From positions 2,547-66,546 of the forward strand of contig CACZWQ010000002.1 of the NCBI GenBank assembly GCA_902784855.1: a stretch of 64,000 bases of DNA, written 5' to 3'. Both the position numbers and the translations under genes were made by a program. This stretch comes from an uncultured Ruminococcus sp. (GTDB lineage Bacteria; Bacillota; Clostridia; Oscillospirales; Acutalibacteraceae). This document shows, piece after piece, positions 36,411 to 48,600 of the stretch. Below the pieces are notes generated by a model, which did no database searches, was not told the DNA's origin, and was given only the letters and a program-made list of their open reading frames with translations. Numbering within the stretch: position 1 is the first letter of the stretch; the number at the start of each line of letters is the position of its first letter.

Positions 36411-38435
36411 ATGACCATGAGAAATAAACTGCGCGGCAAGCTGCCGTTCACGGTCTGCGCCGTGCTGGTGCTGATCGCGGCGACGGTGTTTTTGGCGCGG
36501 CTCGCCGACTGGCAGCTCTTTCACGGCGCCGAATACCGCCGTCTGGCTTCCCGCTCGACGGGCTACTACGTGGAGACCCCGCCGACGCGCGGTGAGATAC
36601 TCGACCGCAACGGCGAGGGCATCGTCACCAATATCACCCACTATAAGATCGTGATCGACAAGGTGTACGCCGACGACGGCAGCCTCAACGGCACCCTGCT
36701 CAACCTCATGGGGCTGCTTCACCGCACGGGAGACAAGTGGGACGACGCGCTGCCCATCATCCTCTCGGACGGCGTGTTTTCCTTTCAAAAGAACGCCGAC
36801 GCGCAGCTGGCACAATTGCGTGAAACGCTGGGGGTCGGCGAGGATATCACGGCGGAGGATTGCGTCTCGCTGCTCTGCCGGCGCTATCACATCGACGGGG
36901 ACTATGACGACGCCGAGCGGCGCGCGCTCTGTTCGGTGCGCTACCACATGGAGCTGACCGGCTATTCCAACACCAATCCCTATACCTTCGCCTCCGATGT
37001 CAGCCGCAAGGGCGTGACCGCCGTCAGCGAGAACACCCAAGGCGTCGGCGGTATCGACGTACAGACCTATCTGGTGCGCGGCGCCAAGTCGCCCGACCTT
37101 GCGCCCCATGTCGTGGGCGCGCTCGGCGCGATCACCGAGGACGAATACAAGGAGCTGTCCCACAGCCCCAAGCACTATACCATCAACGACACGGTCGGTA
37201 AATTCGGCGTGGAGGCGCTGTTCGAGGATGAATTGAAGGGCGAGGGCGGCACCAAGATCATCCAGCGCAATTCAGACGGCGCGATCGTCGAGACCGTCGA
37301 GACCGTCGACGCCAAGCCCGGCAACACCGTCTATCTGACGCTGGACGCGAAGCTTCAGCAGATCGCCGTCAAGTCGCTCGCGCAGAACATCCGCGACGCC
37401 CGCACCGAGGGCATCACCGTCTGCAAGGAGACCGGCAAGAAGCTTCAGGGCGAGGACTGCAAAAGCGGCGCGGTGGTCATGCTGGACGTCAGCGACTTTT
37501 CGGTGCTGGCGGCGGCGAGCTGCCCGACCTATGACCTCAACAAGTACAGCGAGTACGGGGATTATTACACCCGCCTCGCGAACGATAAAACCGCTCCGCT
37601 GTACAACCGCGCCTTTTCGGGCACCTTTGCCTGCGGCTCGGTCTTTAAGCCGGTCGTCGCGATGGCGGCGCTGGAGGAGAAGATCATCAAGCCCGGCACC
37701 AAGATCTTCTGCACCCAAAAGTACGACTACTATCCCACCAACATCGTCGAGTGCATGCACCGCCACGGCGAGCTGGATCTGCGCGGCGCGCTCACGCAGT
37801 CGTGCAACTACTACTTTGCCGAGACGGGCAGACGGCTGGGGATCGATACGATGTACCTCTATGCCGAGAAGTTCGGGCTGGGCGGCTATACGGGCTTGGA
37901 GATCGAGGAATCCCGCGGGATGCTGGCGGGGCGCGACAGCAGCAGCTGGATGCCCGGCAACACCGTACAGGCGGCGATCGGTCAGTCCGACAACGCCTTT
38001 ACGCCCGTGCAGCTCGCCACCTATGCCGCCACGATCGCCAACAACGGCGTGCGCCTGAAAACGCACATCATCAGCAAGATCACCGACTACGAGCGCAAAA
38101 AGGTGTTCGCCGATTACAACAAGGCGGAGCAGCTCGACGAGTGCGGCGTTTCCGCCCAAAACCTGAAAACCGTGCAGAACGACATGCTCTCGGTCACCCA
38201 AGACCCTTCCGGCACCGCGAATTCCGTGTTCGGCGGCTACCGGGTCAAGGTCGCCGCCAAAACCGGCACCGCCGAGAACTCCGGCTCCGACCACAGCACC
38301 TTCATCTGCTATGCGCCCTTTGACAAGCCCCAAGTCGCCGTTGCGGTCGTGCTGGAAAACGGCGTGCGCGGCAAGTATTCCATGCAGGTCGCGAAGGATC
38401 TGCTCGACGGATATTTTAGCGGAGAAAAACGGTGA
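36411..38435 (+). CDS. mrdA: Class B penicillin-binding protein 2
   Basis: TM, RGEILDRNG dimerisation domain, GSVFK (SxxK), SCN (SxN), KTGTAE (KTG). Start may be 36408, 36411 or 36417. Confidence 0.9.
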   Translation: MTMRNKLRGKLPFTVCAVLVLIAATVFLARLADWQLFHGAEYRRLASRSTGYYVETPPTRGEILDRNGEGIVTNITHYKIVIDKVYADDGSLNGTLLNLMGLLHRTGDKWDDALPIILSDGVFSFQKNADAQLAQLRETLGVGEDITAEDCVSLLCRRYHIDGDYDDAERRALCSVRYHMELTGYSNTNPYTFASDVSRKGVTAVSENTQGVGGIDVQTYLVRGAKSPDLAPHVVGALGAITEDEYKELSHSPKHYTINDTVGKFGVEALFEDELKGEGGTKIIQRNSDGAIVETVETVDAKPGNTVYLTLDAKLQQIAVKSLAQNIRDARTEGITVCKETGKKLQGEDCKSGAVVMLDVSDFSVLAAASCPTYDLNKYSEYGDYYTRLANDKTAPLYNRAFSGTFACGSVFKPVVAMAALEEKIIKPGTKIFCTQKYDYYPTNIVECMHRHGELDLRGALTQSCNYYFAETGRRLGIDTMYLYAEKFGLGGYTGLEIEESRGMLAGRDSSSWMPGNTVQAAIGQSDNAFTPVQLATYAATIANNGVRLKTHIISKITDYERKKVFADYNKAEQLDECGVSAQNLKTVQNDMLSVTQDPSGTANSVFGGYRVKVAAKTGTAENSGSDHSTFICYAPFDKPQVAVAVVLENGVRGKYSMQVAKDLLDGYFSGEKR

Positions 38436-38542
38436 TTGGTCGTTATGACTAAAATAATGAAAGTTTTTTTGTCTGATAAAACTGCGAACTTTTATTGCAT
38501 TTTACAAAAAATTATGATAAGATAAAGCAGAGGTAGTGTAAT

Positions 38543-39280
38543 ATGGACAATGTAATCGTTGTTGCATCGGGGAAGGGCGGCACGGGAAAATCGACCGTGT
38601 GCATTTGCCTGTCCGTTGCGCTCGTCAAAAAAGGAAAAAAAGTGCTGCTCATTGACTGCGACTGCGGCATGCGCGGCCTTGACATCATGCTTGACATCGA
38701 GCAGGATATCCTTTTTGACGCCTCCGACGCGGTCTGCGGCAACTGCAGCTTCGGCGAGGCGATTTACAAGAGCCGCCACAACAAGAATCTCTACCTGATG
38801 GCGGCGCCCTTTGACGCGGAAAACGAATTGAGTCCCTCGGTGTTCCGTCAGCTTGTCAACTCGGTGAAGAACAACTTCGATTATGTCGTCATCGATTCGC
38901 CCGCGGGCATCAGCTCGGGCTTTGTCACTGCCTGCGCGCCCGCCGACCGGGCGCTGATCGTCACCAATGCCGAGCCGACAAGCGTGCGCGGCGGATTGAA
39001 GGTGAGGAAAAAGCTGGAGGCGCTGGGCGTGCGTGATCTGCGGCTGGTCATCAACCGCTTTGACCGCAGGATGTTCCGCAAGCTCGGCTTTTATGACGAC
39101 CTCGACGCGGTGATCGACGCGTCGCAGACGCAGCTGATCGCGCTGGTGCCGTTTTCCATCGACATCTCCGTCATTATGCAGCGCGGCGCGGCAGGCTTGG
39201 AGCAGAGCCCCGCTTTGCAGGTGTTCGACCGTCTTGCCGACAGGCTGGAGGGTATGCGCGTGCCGCTGTTATACCGATAA
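38543..39280 (+). CDS. minD: Septum site-determining ATPase MinD
   Basis: SGKGGTGKST deviant Walker A, D.DCGMRGLDI, IDSPAGI, VINR. Confidence 0.85.
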   Translation: MDNVIVVASGKGGTGKSTVCICLSVALVKKGKKVLLIDCDCGMRGLDIMLDIEQDILFDASDAVCGNCSFGEAIYKSRHNKNLYLMAAPFDAENELSPSVFRQLVNSVKNNFDYVVIDSPAGISSGFVTACAPADRALIVTNAEPTSVRGGLKVRKKLEALGVRDLRLVINRFDRRMFRKLGFYDDLDAVIDASQTQLIALVPFSIDISVIMQRGAAGLEQSPALQVFDRLADRLEGMRVPLLYR

Positions 39281-39335
39281 CGCACTCGGTGACCGAGGAT
39301 TCCGTAATAAATGAGTTTTGTTTGGAGGAAAGAGT

Positions 39336-39731
39336 ATGAATATCGCATTGATTGCACACGACGAGAAAAAAGAGCTCATGGTCCAGTTCTGCATCGCCTA
39401 CTGCGGCGTTCTCAGCAGAAATAATCTTTGCGCCACCGGCACCACCGGCAAGATGGTGTCCGAGGCGACGGGTCTGTCTATCCAGAAATTCCTCTCGGGC
39501 GCGCAGGGCGGCAGCCAGCAGATCGCGGCGCGCATCGCCTGCAACGAAATCGACATGCTCCTGTTCTTCCGCGACCCGCTCAACCAAAAGCCCAACGAGG
39601 CGAACGACATGGATATGCTGCGCCTCTGCGATATGCACAACATCCCCGTCGCTACCAATATCGCCACCGCCGAGGTGCTGATCCACGGCTTGGAGCGCGG
39701 CGACCTCGACTGGCGCAATATCATCAAATAA
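39336..39731 (+). CDS. mgsA: Methylglyoxal synthase
   Basis: IALIAHD.KK, ATGTTG, SG..GG.QQI, FFRDPL..KP.E.D, HNIPVATN. Confidence 0.95.
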   Translation: MNIALIAHDEKKELMVQFCIAYCGVLSRNNLCATGTTGKMVSEATGLSIQKFLSGAQGGSQQIAARIACNEIDMLLFFRDPLNQKPNEANDMDMLRLCDMHNIPVATNIATAEVLIHGLERGDLDWRNIIK

Positions 39732-39749
39732 CATTTTCCCTGCGATTTC

Positions 39750-39776
39750 GGGCGTGCTTCGGCACGCCCTTTTTTT
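39750..39776 (+). terminator. Intrinsic terminator
   Basis: GGGCGTGC-TTCG-GCACGCCC followed by T7. Confidence 0.85.
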
Positions 39777-39897
39777 GCCTATGCACGGCAACGCGCGCTT
39801 TCTTGCAAGGGAATCCGCTTGCGGCATTGACTTTTTGCGCGATTTGCGGTATTATCTAATATGAATAGCTATCTGATATAAAAAGGAGGATCGCTTC

Positions 39898-41604
39898 TTG
39901 GACATGTCCGTGATTTTTGATGCGGGCGTGGTGGGGCTGCGCATCATCATGCCCCTGCTCGCCATCGTCATCGTCTATCAGTGCTACGCAGCGATGCGCC
40001 GCCGCAGGAGACCCGAAAAACCGCTGGTCTCGCTGTATAACCCCAATTCCGGCGGCATGATCCCTGTCGTGTTCTGGGAGAATTCCATCGGAAGAAGCAA
40101 GTCCAGCGATATCGTCATCAACGATCTGTCCGTTTCGCGCAACCACTGCGTACTGCTCAGAAGAAACGCCGGCTGGTTTATCTCCGACGTCGGCTCGCTG
40201 TCGGGCACCTTTGTCAACGGCGTCCGCATCCACGGCAGGGCGCAGGTGCTGATTGACGACATCATCACCGTCGGCAAGACCGAATACCAGTTAAAACGCG
40301 GCGATGACTTCAATTCTCCGCTGCGCGCGAGCCGTTTCTTTTCCAAGGTCAGCGACAAGCCCGCCATCCAGGCGTGGAAGCTGATGTTCATGATCACGAT
40401 GTTCCACCTCTTTATGGCGGTGGAGGCGATGTTCTGGAACGACGGCGGGAATGTCTATGCGCCCATGATCCTTTTCGGCGCGCTCGCCGTGGTGGAGTGG
40501 GGCTTCTTCTCCGTCTCTTATTTTGCGCTGCGGCGCGTCAACTTTGAGCTGGAATCGCTCGGGTTGTTCTTGACGGGTATCGGCGTCCTGCTGCTGGTGC
40601 GGCAGGTGGAGCGCTCGGCATATGTGCAGCTGATCGCGGCGGCGCTGGGTATCGTGCTCTACTGCGTCATCATCAAGTTCATCGAGGATCCCGACCGCAG
40701 CGATAAGATCCGCATTCCCATGATGATCATCGCGGTGCTGATGCTCGCGTCCAGCATCGTGCTGGGCAGGGTCACCAACGGCGCGGCAAACTGGGTGTAT
40801 ATCGGCTCGATCTCCTTCCAGCCGTCGGAATTCGTCAAGACCATCTTTATCTTTACCGGTGCGGGCGCGCTGGATAGATTGCAGACAAAGCGCAACCTCA
40901 TCGAGTTCATCATCTTTTCGGTCGTCTGCGTGGGCTTGCTCGCGCTGATGAGCGACTTCGGCACGGCGCTGATCTTCTTCGTCACCTTCCTGCTCGTCGC
41001 CTTCATGCGCTCGGGCGATATCAAGACGATCATCCTGCCCGTCGGCGCGGTCGCCGGCGCGTTCGCGCTGCTGCGCTTTGTCGCCGACCGCTTCAACTTC
41101 ATCGCCGACCGCTTCAATTATGTGTTCAACCGCTTCAAGGCTTACCGCCATGTCTGGGATTACGCCAACGAGGCGGCGGGCTATCAGCAGGTGCGCGTGC
41201 TGACCTATATCGCCAGCGGAGGCCTGTTCGGCGTCGGTCTCGGCAACGGCTATTTCAAGCAGTATTTCGCCTCCGAGAGCGACTTGGTCTTTGCGCTGCT
41301 CGCCGAGGAGATGGGCGTGATCGTCGCAATCGTCGCGGCGCTTTCCGTGGCGCTGCTGATGATCTATGCGCGCGCCATCACCACCCGCAGCCGCAGCACC
41401 TTCTATTCCATCTCCGCCTGCTGTGCGGCAGGTCTGTTGGTCGTGCAGCTCTCGCTGAATGTGTTCGGCGCGACCGATATCCTGCCCCTGACGGGCGTCA
41501 CCTTCCCGTTCATCAGCTCGGGCGGTTCCAGCCTGATCTCCTGCTGGGGACTGCTGGCGTTCATCAAGGCGGCGGACGAGCGGACCTATTCGATCAAACG
41601 TTAG
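39898..41604 (+). CDS. FHA domain-SEDS (RodA/FtsW/SpoVE) fusion
   Basis: FHA: IGRSKSSDIVI.D.SVSRNHC...SGTFVNG. SEDS: GAANW...SFQPSEFVK, SDFGTAL, GGLFGVG, SDLVF, LPLTGVTFPFISSGGSS. Confidence 0.9.
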   Translation: MDMSVIFDAGVVGLRIIMPLLAIVIVYQCYAAMRRRRRPEKPLVSLYNPNSGGMIPVVFWENSIGRSKSSDIVINDLSVSRNHCVLLRRNAGWFISDVGSLSGTFVNGVRIHGRAQVLIDDIITVGKTEYQLKRGDDFNSPLRASRFFSKVSDKPAIQAWKLMFMITMFHLFMAVEAMFWNDGGNVYAPMILFGALAVVEWGFFSVSYFALRRVNFELESLGLFLTGIGVLLLVRQVERSAYVQLIAAALGIVLYCVIIKFIEDPDRSDKIRIPMMIIAVLMLASSIVLGRVTNGAANWVYIGSISFQPSEFVKTIFIFTGAGALDRLQTKRNLIEFIIFSVVCVGLLALMSDFGTALIFFVTFLLVAFMRSGDIKTIILPVGAVAGAFALLRFVADRFNFIADRFNYVFNRFKAYRHVWDYANEAAGYQQVRVLTYIASGGLFGVGLGNGYFKQYFASESDLVFALLAEEMGVIVAIVAALSVALLMIYARAITTRSRSTFYSISACCAAGLLVVQLSLNVFGATDILPLTGVTFPFISSGGSSLISCWGLLAFIKAADERTYSIKR

Positions 41605-41665
41605 TGCTTTTGAAAGGCATGCGGATGATCCGATCATACTCAACTACTAAAAAGGGGGTGTGCTG

Positions 41666-43060
41666 ATGAAAAGAACGCTCAGGCGCAGCACACTGATTTT
41701 AATACTCACCATCGCGTTTATCGGCGGCATCGGCTTTTTCACCGCTGAGCTGCTGTTTAACGCCGGAGACTGGGTCGACCAGCCCTATAACGCGCATATC
41801 TCGGGCAGCGGCGGGCTTGAAAAGGCGGGCAGCATTCTCGACCGGGACGGCAATCCGCTGGCGCAGTCCGTCGACGGCGAGCGCGTCTACAGCGACGACG
41901 AGACCGTGCGCAGGGCGCTGCTGCATACCGTCGGCGACAACAGCCTCAATATCTCGACGGCAGTCCAGAGCAAGTACCGCTCACTGCTCACGGGCTACAG
42001 CCTGATCTGGGGCTTGAACATGCCGCAGTCGATGCGCACCTCGCGCGACATCGTGCTCACCGTGGACGCCGAGACCTGCAAGTCGGCATACAGCATGCTG
42101 CAAACGGGCTTTGAGGAGCCCAAGCGCGGCGCGTGCGTGATCTACAACTACAAGACGGGAGACGTGATCTGCTCGGTCAGCACGCCGGGTTATGACCCCG
42201 CCGACCCGCCGCAGATCAACGAGGAGAACGAAGCCTACTACGACGGCGTTTACCTCGACAATGTATTGTCCTCCACCTTCACGCCCGGCTCCATCTTTAA
42301 GATCGTCACCGCCGCGGCGGCGATCGAGAACATCCCCGACATCTATCAGCGCACCTGGTACTGCGACGGCAGGGAGACCATCGGAAAGAACGACATCCAC
42401 TGCTATCAGGACACCGCCCACGGCGAGATCAATCTTCAGGAGGCGATGGAGCATTCCTGCAACATCGTCTTTGCCAAGCTCGCGGTCGAGCTGGGAAGCG
42501 AGAAGATGAACGCCATGGCGGAAAAGATGGGCGTCAACATGAGCTTTGAGATCGATGACGTCTTTACCGCGAAGGGTCATTATCTCGCGCCCGCCAACGA
42601 CGAGAACGTCCTCGGCTGGACGGGCGTCGGTCAGGGCTCGGGCGAGTACGAGGACAAGGTCAACCCCATGCAGATGGCGATCATCTGCTCCGCGGTCGCC
42701 AACCAGGGCACCGCCGTCAACCCCACCTACATCAAGGGCGGCAACGGCGATGTGCTCAAGGAGATCGGCATCAAGCAGAACAAGACCTATGACTTTCTTG
42801 ACCCCAACACCGCCAAGCAGGTGGGCGACATCATGCCCGTCTATGAGATCGGCGGGCTGACCGTGCACGCCAAGACCGGCACCGCAGAGGTCGGCGACGA
42901 GAAGGGTCCGAACGCGTGGTTCGTCGGCTATGTCGCCGACAGCGACCTGCCGCTCGCCTTCGCCTGCGTGGTGGAGGATGCGGGCTTGGGCTCCGAATAT
43001 GCCCGCCCCGTAGCGGAAGCGGCGCTCGAGACAGCGGCGCGGCTCAGAGGTACCTTGTGA
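41666..43060 (+). CDS. Class B penicillin-binding protein (PbpA-like partner of the SEDS protein)
   Basis: GSILDRDG, PGSIFK (SxxK), SCN, KTGTAE. Confidence 0.88.
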   Translation: MKRTLRRSTLILILTIAFIGGIGFFTAELLFNAGDWVDQPYNAHISGSGGLEKAGSILDRDGNPLAQSVDGERVYSDDETVRRALLHTVGDNSLNISTAVQSKYRSLLTGYSLIWGLNMPQSMRTSRDIVLTVDAETCKSAYSMLQTGFEEPKRGACVIYNYKTGDVICSVSTPGYDPADPPQINEENEAYYDGVYLDNVLSSTFTPGSIFKIVTAAAAIENIPDIYQRTWYCDGRETIGKNDIHCYQDTAHGEINLQEAMEHSCNIVFAKLAVELGSEKMNAMAEKMGVNMSFEIDDVFTAKGHYLAPANDENVLGWTGVGQGSGEYEDKVNPMQMAIICSAVANQGTAVNPTYIKGGNGDVLKEIGIKQNKTYDFLDPNTAKQVGDIMPVYEIGGLTVHAKTGTAEVGDEKGPNAWFVGYVADSDLPLAFACVVEDAGLGSEYARPVAEAALETAARLRGTL

Positions 43061-43128
43061 TCCGTCATTGACCATCACTGTAACAGATACGGTAATGTAA
43101 TATATAGATAGAAAGGAAATCAAATCCT

Positions 43129-45998
<2,870 letters not shown>

Positions 45999-46015
45999 AG
46001 AATCATACAACGCAA

Positions 46016-46041
46016 AGAGGGCTGTCGTGCGACAGCCCTCT
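46016..46041. terminator. Bidirectional terminator
   Basis: AGAGGGCTGTCG-tg-CGACAGCCCTCT between secA and a convergent gene. Confidence 0.75.
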
Positions 46042-46044
46042 CGT

Positions 46045-46368
46045 TTATGCTTTTCTCTTTTTCTTTTTTGGCTCGGGCAGCTCGTCCGCGATGCTTTCGA
46101 CCAAGACGCGCAGGAATTCCCGGTCGTCAACATCCTCGACCATGAGCATTTCCCTGCCGCCTTTATAGGGCAGCTCCTGCGGCGCGTCGGGCATGAGCCG
46201 TTTTGCCGCCGGTGTCGGCTTGACGAGAAAGCGGTCGTCATAGATGCCGCCGAAAACCTTGCCGCGGCAGTAAAGGACATATTCGCCCATCATCGCGCGG
46301 TACGAAAGCGCTTCGACCTCGGAGAGCTGTTCCAAAATAAACGATAGATAATCCTTGCCGGATGCCAT
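46045..46368 (-). CDS. TfoX N-terminal domain protein
   Basis: MASGKDYLSFILEQL...YRAMMGEYVLY..GK.FGGIYDDRFLVKPT pattern; ATG 46368 with AAGG RBS. Confidence 0.8.
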   Translation of the reverse strand: MASGKDYLSFILEQLSEVEALSYRAMMGEYVLYCRGKVFGGIYDDRFLVKPTPAAKRLMPDAPQELPYKGGREMLMVEDVDDREFLRVLVESIADELPEPKKKKRKA

Positions 46369-46391
46369 GTCATCACCCTTTCGCTTTGTTG

Positions 46392-46640
46392 TCAGTATTC
46401 CGTTTTGATGTCGTCCACGCCGTACTGCTCGCAAAAGCGTCTGACGTCCTCGGGCGAGCGGATCAGCATGATCTCCGTGAAGTGCCCGCCCGACTTGTCG
46501 CGGAAGCCCGCTACCTTTTCGCCCGTGCAGATGGAGCTGCGGATCGCGGCGTACTGCGTCTCGGGGTCAAAGGGCTTGACGTCAAAGCCGACGGTGGCTT
46601 TATTCTTTTTTTCGAAGCTTGGAAAGTGATGTTTTTTCAT
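46392..46640 (-). CDS. Small conserved hypothetical protein
   Basis: 82 aa with GGAGG RBS; IRSSICTGEKVAGF...F.EIMLI is a pattern I recall from clostridial hypotheticals. Confidence 0.65.
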   Translation of the reverse strand: MKKHHFPSFEKKNKATVGFDVKPFDPETQYAAIRSSICTGEKVAGFRDKSGGHFTEIMLIRSPEDVRRFCEQYGVDDIKTEY

Positions 46641-46812
46641 GTTGCCGCCTCCCTGTGTACCGATGATATCTTTCATCTATTATTGATAGCAGAAAAACAT
46701 CGGTTCGTCAACCGTTTCGGAGAAAATTTTTTTAAAAAACAGCGAGCAAGCGTTGAGTTTGCCTCCTTTTTCGCAAAAGAACACAAAAAATCATAAAAAA
46801 TCCTCAAAAATC

Positions 46813-46841
46813 TTGACGAACGGAAAGAAACATTGTAAAAT
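46813..46841 (+). promoter_or_regulatory. sigma-A promoter with no downstream ORF
   Basis: TTGACG-N17-TAAAAT; a second extended -10 TGnTATAAT at 46861-46869. Confidence 0.65.
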
Positions 46842-46847
46842 ATAAGT

Positions 46848-47007
46848 AGGCAAAACCGCATGATATAATCGGTTGATCATGTCCTGCAGGAATTGCCATG
46901 CCCACCCCTGATGTCATCGTGAGTGTGCCGAAGCACCCCTTTCGGCAATCGGATGACGCAAAGGTCGGCACAAGGCTCGCCCCCGGGCTTTGTGTCGACC
47001 TTAATTT
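46848..47007 (+). ncRNA. Candidate structured sRNA or orphan attenuator leader
   Basis: Between a promoter and a 17-bp terminator-like hairpin (46963-47000, then TTAATTT); internal stems TGCCGAA/TTCGGCA and GTCATC/GATGAC; no ORF with an RBS. No RNA family recognised. Confidence 0.45.
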
Positions 47008-47011
47008 CCCC

Positions 47012-47230
47012 CCCGCGTGTCGCGGGAGCCAATCCGCGCGGGCAGCAGACGTTTGCAAAAAAGGTCAGAATAACAGCCCGCGCTATAACGCGGGAACGTG
47101 ACGTTCCATCCAATCCGCGCCTGAGAGGGTTGTTTGGGCGGTGACCTTTAAAATCCCGCGCTATAACGCGGGCATTAATGGCAACTGTCCAAGCAAACGT
47201 CGCACGCGTGGAGAAAGCGCCCTTGGGCGC
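47012..47230. repeat. Modular palindromic repeat cluster, locus C
   Basis: CAATCCGCG at 47030 and 47111; CCCGCGCTATAACGCGGG at 47077 and 47155; hairpins CCCGCG-tgt-CGCGGG and GGAACG-tga-CGTTCC. Confidence 0.9.
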
Positions 47231-47304
47231 CGCGGGCGCCGGGAGCTGGACAAAAATGGGTTAATGTGTTATAATCAGCATAATTAATTCTTCGGAGGTT
47301 TTCC

Positions 47305-48258
47305 ATGAAACGAATACTTGCAGCCATCCTGACCATTCTCCTCATCGGCGCCGCCGGCATTGTATCCGCCTCCGCCGAGGGTTTTGAGGATATATACGGC
47401 GTGGGCGACGTCGATCTCGACGGACGGATCTCGATCAACGACGCGACCCTGATGCAGCGCTTCCTTGCGCAGATGAACAATCCTACAACAGCGCAGTTGG
47501 CACGCTTGGATGCGGACTGCGACGGCGTTTTCTCCATCAACGACGCGACCCATTTGCAGCGCGTTCTCGCCGAGAGCTATCAGTCTCTCGTCGGCAAAAA
47601 AGGGATCGACATCTCCTCTCACAACGATTCCGTCGACATGGCGGCGGTCAAGGCGGCGGGCTTTGATTTTGTGATGATCCGCTGCGGCTACGGCAAGGAC
47701 GATCCCTTTCAAGATGATACCTGCTTTGTTGAGAACGTGAAAAAATGCGAGGAAATCGGCATGCCGTGGGGCGTCTATCTGTTCTCCTACGCGGTCAGCG
47801 AGCAGGAAGCCTACAGCGAGGTCGAGCACGTCGACCGTCTGTTGAAGGCGGAGAAGGAAAAGGGCTATCTGCCGACGCTGCCCATCGTTCTCGATGTGGA
47901 GTGGACAAACTACCACGAGGTCAACAACGCGTGGAACGCGGAGAACATCAACGCGGTCACCACCATCTTTATCGATGAGATCGTGAAGCGCGGCTATTAT
48001 CCGATGATCTATACGGGCTACAGCGTGCTGGAGGACTTCTTCTCCGATCATCTGCGCAACGACGTCGACTGCTGGTTTGCGCAGTGGTATCTCTCGCCGG
48101 ACGCTTATTACTACAACTGTCTCGGTATCTGGCAGTACGGCGGTGAGGAGAATTATCTGGAGTCGCCCGAGATCGAGGGCGTCGGTGTAGTGGATATGAA
48201 CTATGTCTACCGCGATTACCCCCTCATCATCAAAAACCGACACTACAACGGCTTCTAA
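47305..48258 (+). CDS. Secreted dockerin + GH25 muramidase (lysozyme)
   Basis: Signal peptide; dockerin GDVDLDGRISINDAT...DADCDGVFSINDAT; GH25 KGIDISSHN, IRCGYG, LDVE, W.AQW, GIWQY, VDMN. Confidence 0.87.
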   Translation: MKRILAAILTILLIGAAGIVSASAEGFEDIYGVGDVDLDGRISINDATLMQRFLAQMNNPTTAQLARLDADCDGVFSINDATHLQRVLAESYQSLVGKKGIDISSHNDSVDMAAVKAAGFDFVMIRCGYGKDDPFQDDTCFVENVKKCEEIGMPWGVYLFSYAVSEQEAYSEVEHVDRLLKAEKEKGYLPTLPIVLDVEWTNYHEVNNAWNAENINAVTTIFIDEIVKRGYYPMIYTGYSVLEDFFSDHLRNDVDCWFAQWYLSPDAYYYNCLGIWQYGGEENYLESPEIEGVGVVDMNYVYRDYPLIIKNRHYNGF

Positions 48259-48259
48259 A

Positions 48260-48284
48260 CCGTTGCCGCGGAGGGCAGTGCGCC
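48260..48284 (+). repeat. Degenerate unit of the same repeat family (locus F) at the GH25 stop codon
   Basis: CCGT-TGCC-GCGG-AGGGCAGTGCGC aligns with CCGT-TGCC-ACGG-GAGGGCAATCCGC at 59410. Confidence 0.5.
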
Positions 48285-48439
48285 TTTTGAAAAGTCGGAT
48301 CGTCGGCGAAGTCGGATGAACGGCGCGCCAAGTTGTGTGCTTGGAACGAAAACGTTGGCTGCTCTCTGTCAAAACGCATTGGAAACGATGCGTGATAACG
48401 CGGAAATTGACAAAAGTGGGTTTTTTTGGCATTTTTGTA

Positions 48440-48468
48440 TTGACAATTGGACCTGAATCGCCTATAAT
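48440..48468 (+). promoter_or_regulatory. sigma-A promoter upstream of the riboswitch
   Basis: Perfect TTGACA-N17-TATAAT. Confidence 0.85.
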
Positions 48469-48513
48469 TATATCATAAACCTGATAATAATATGCGCTTT
48501 TGCTTAGGTGAAA

Positions 48514-48600
48514 GCCACACAATGGGCAAACCTGTCGAAAGGCAGGGGCGCAAAGCCAAGGTGTCTGCAGCGTCATCGGACGTATGATTGACCGGCCGCA
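48514..48600 (+). ncRNA. c-di-GMP-I (GEMM) riboswitch
   Basis: GGGCAAACC-TGTC-GAAA-GGCA-GGGGCGCAAAGCC...GACCGGCCGC follows the GEMM-I consensus, including the GNRA tetraloop and G at the position equivalent to G20 (c-di-GMP rather than cGAMP type). Confidence 0.9.

Noticed and set aside
38543-39280. minD without minC or minE
   Set aside because: mreBCD-pbp2-minD-mgsA is, to my knowledge, a common clostridial arrangement; nothing here indicates a deletion.
46898-47101. 67-aa ORF within the candidate RNA
   Set aside because: No RBS; it runs through the terminator hairpin and the repeat locus; the peptide looks non-coding.
47012-47172. CRISPR mini-array reading of the repeat + ~34-nt linker pattern
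   Set aside because: Linkers are homologous to each other (e.g. GACGTTTG(C/T)AA..AAGGT.A.AATAA.AG at several loci; two identical at locus B), repeats occur in both orientations, arrays have only 2-3 units, and no cas gene is present.
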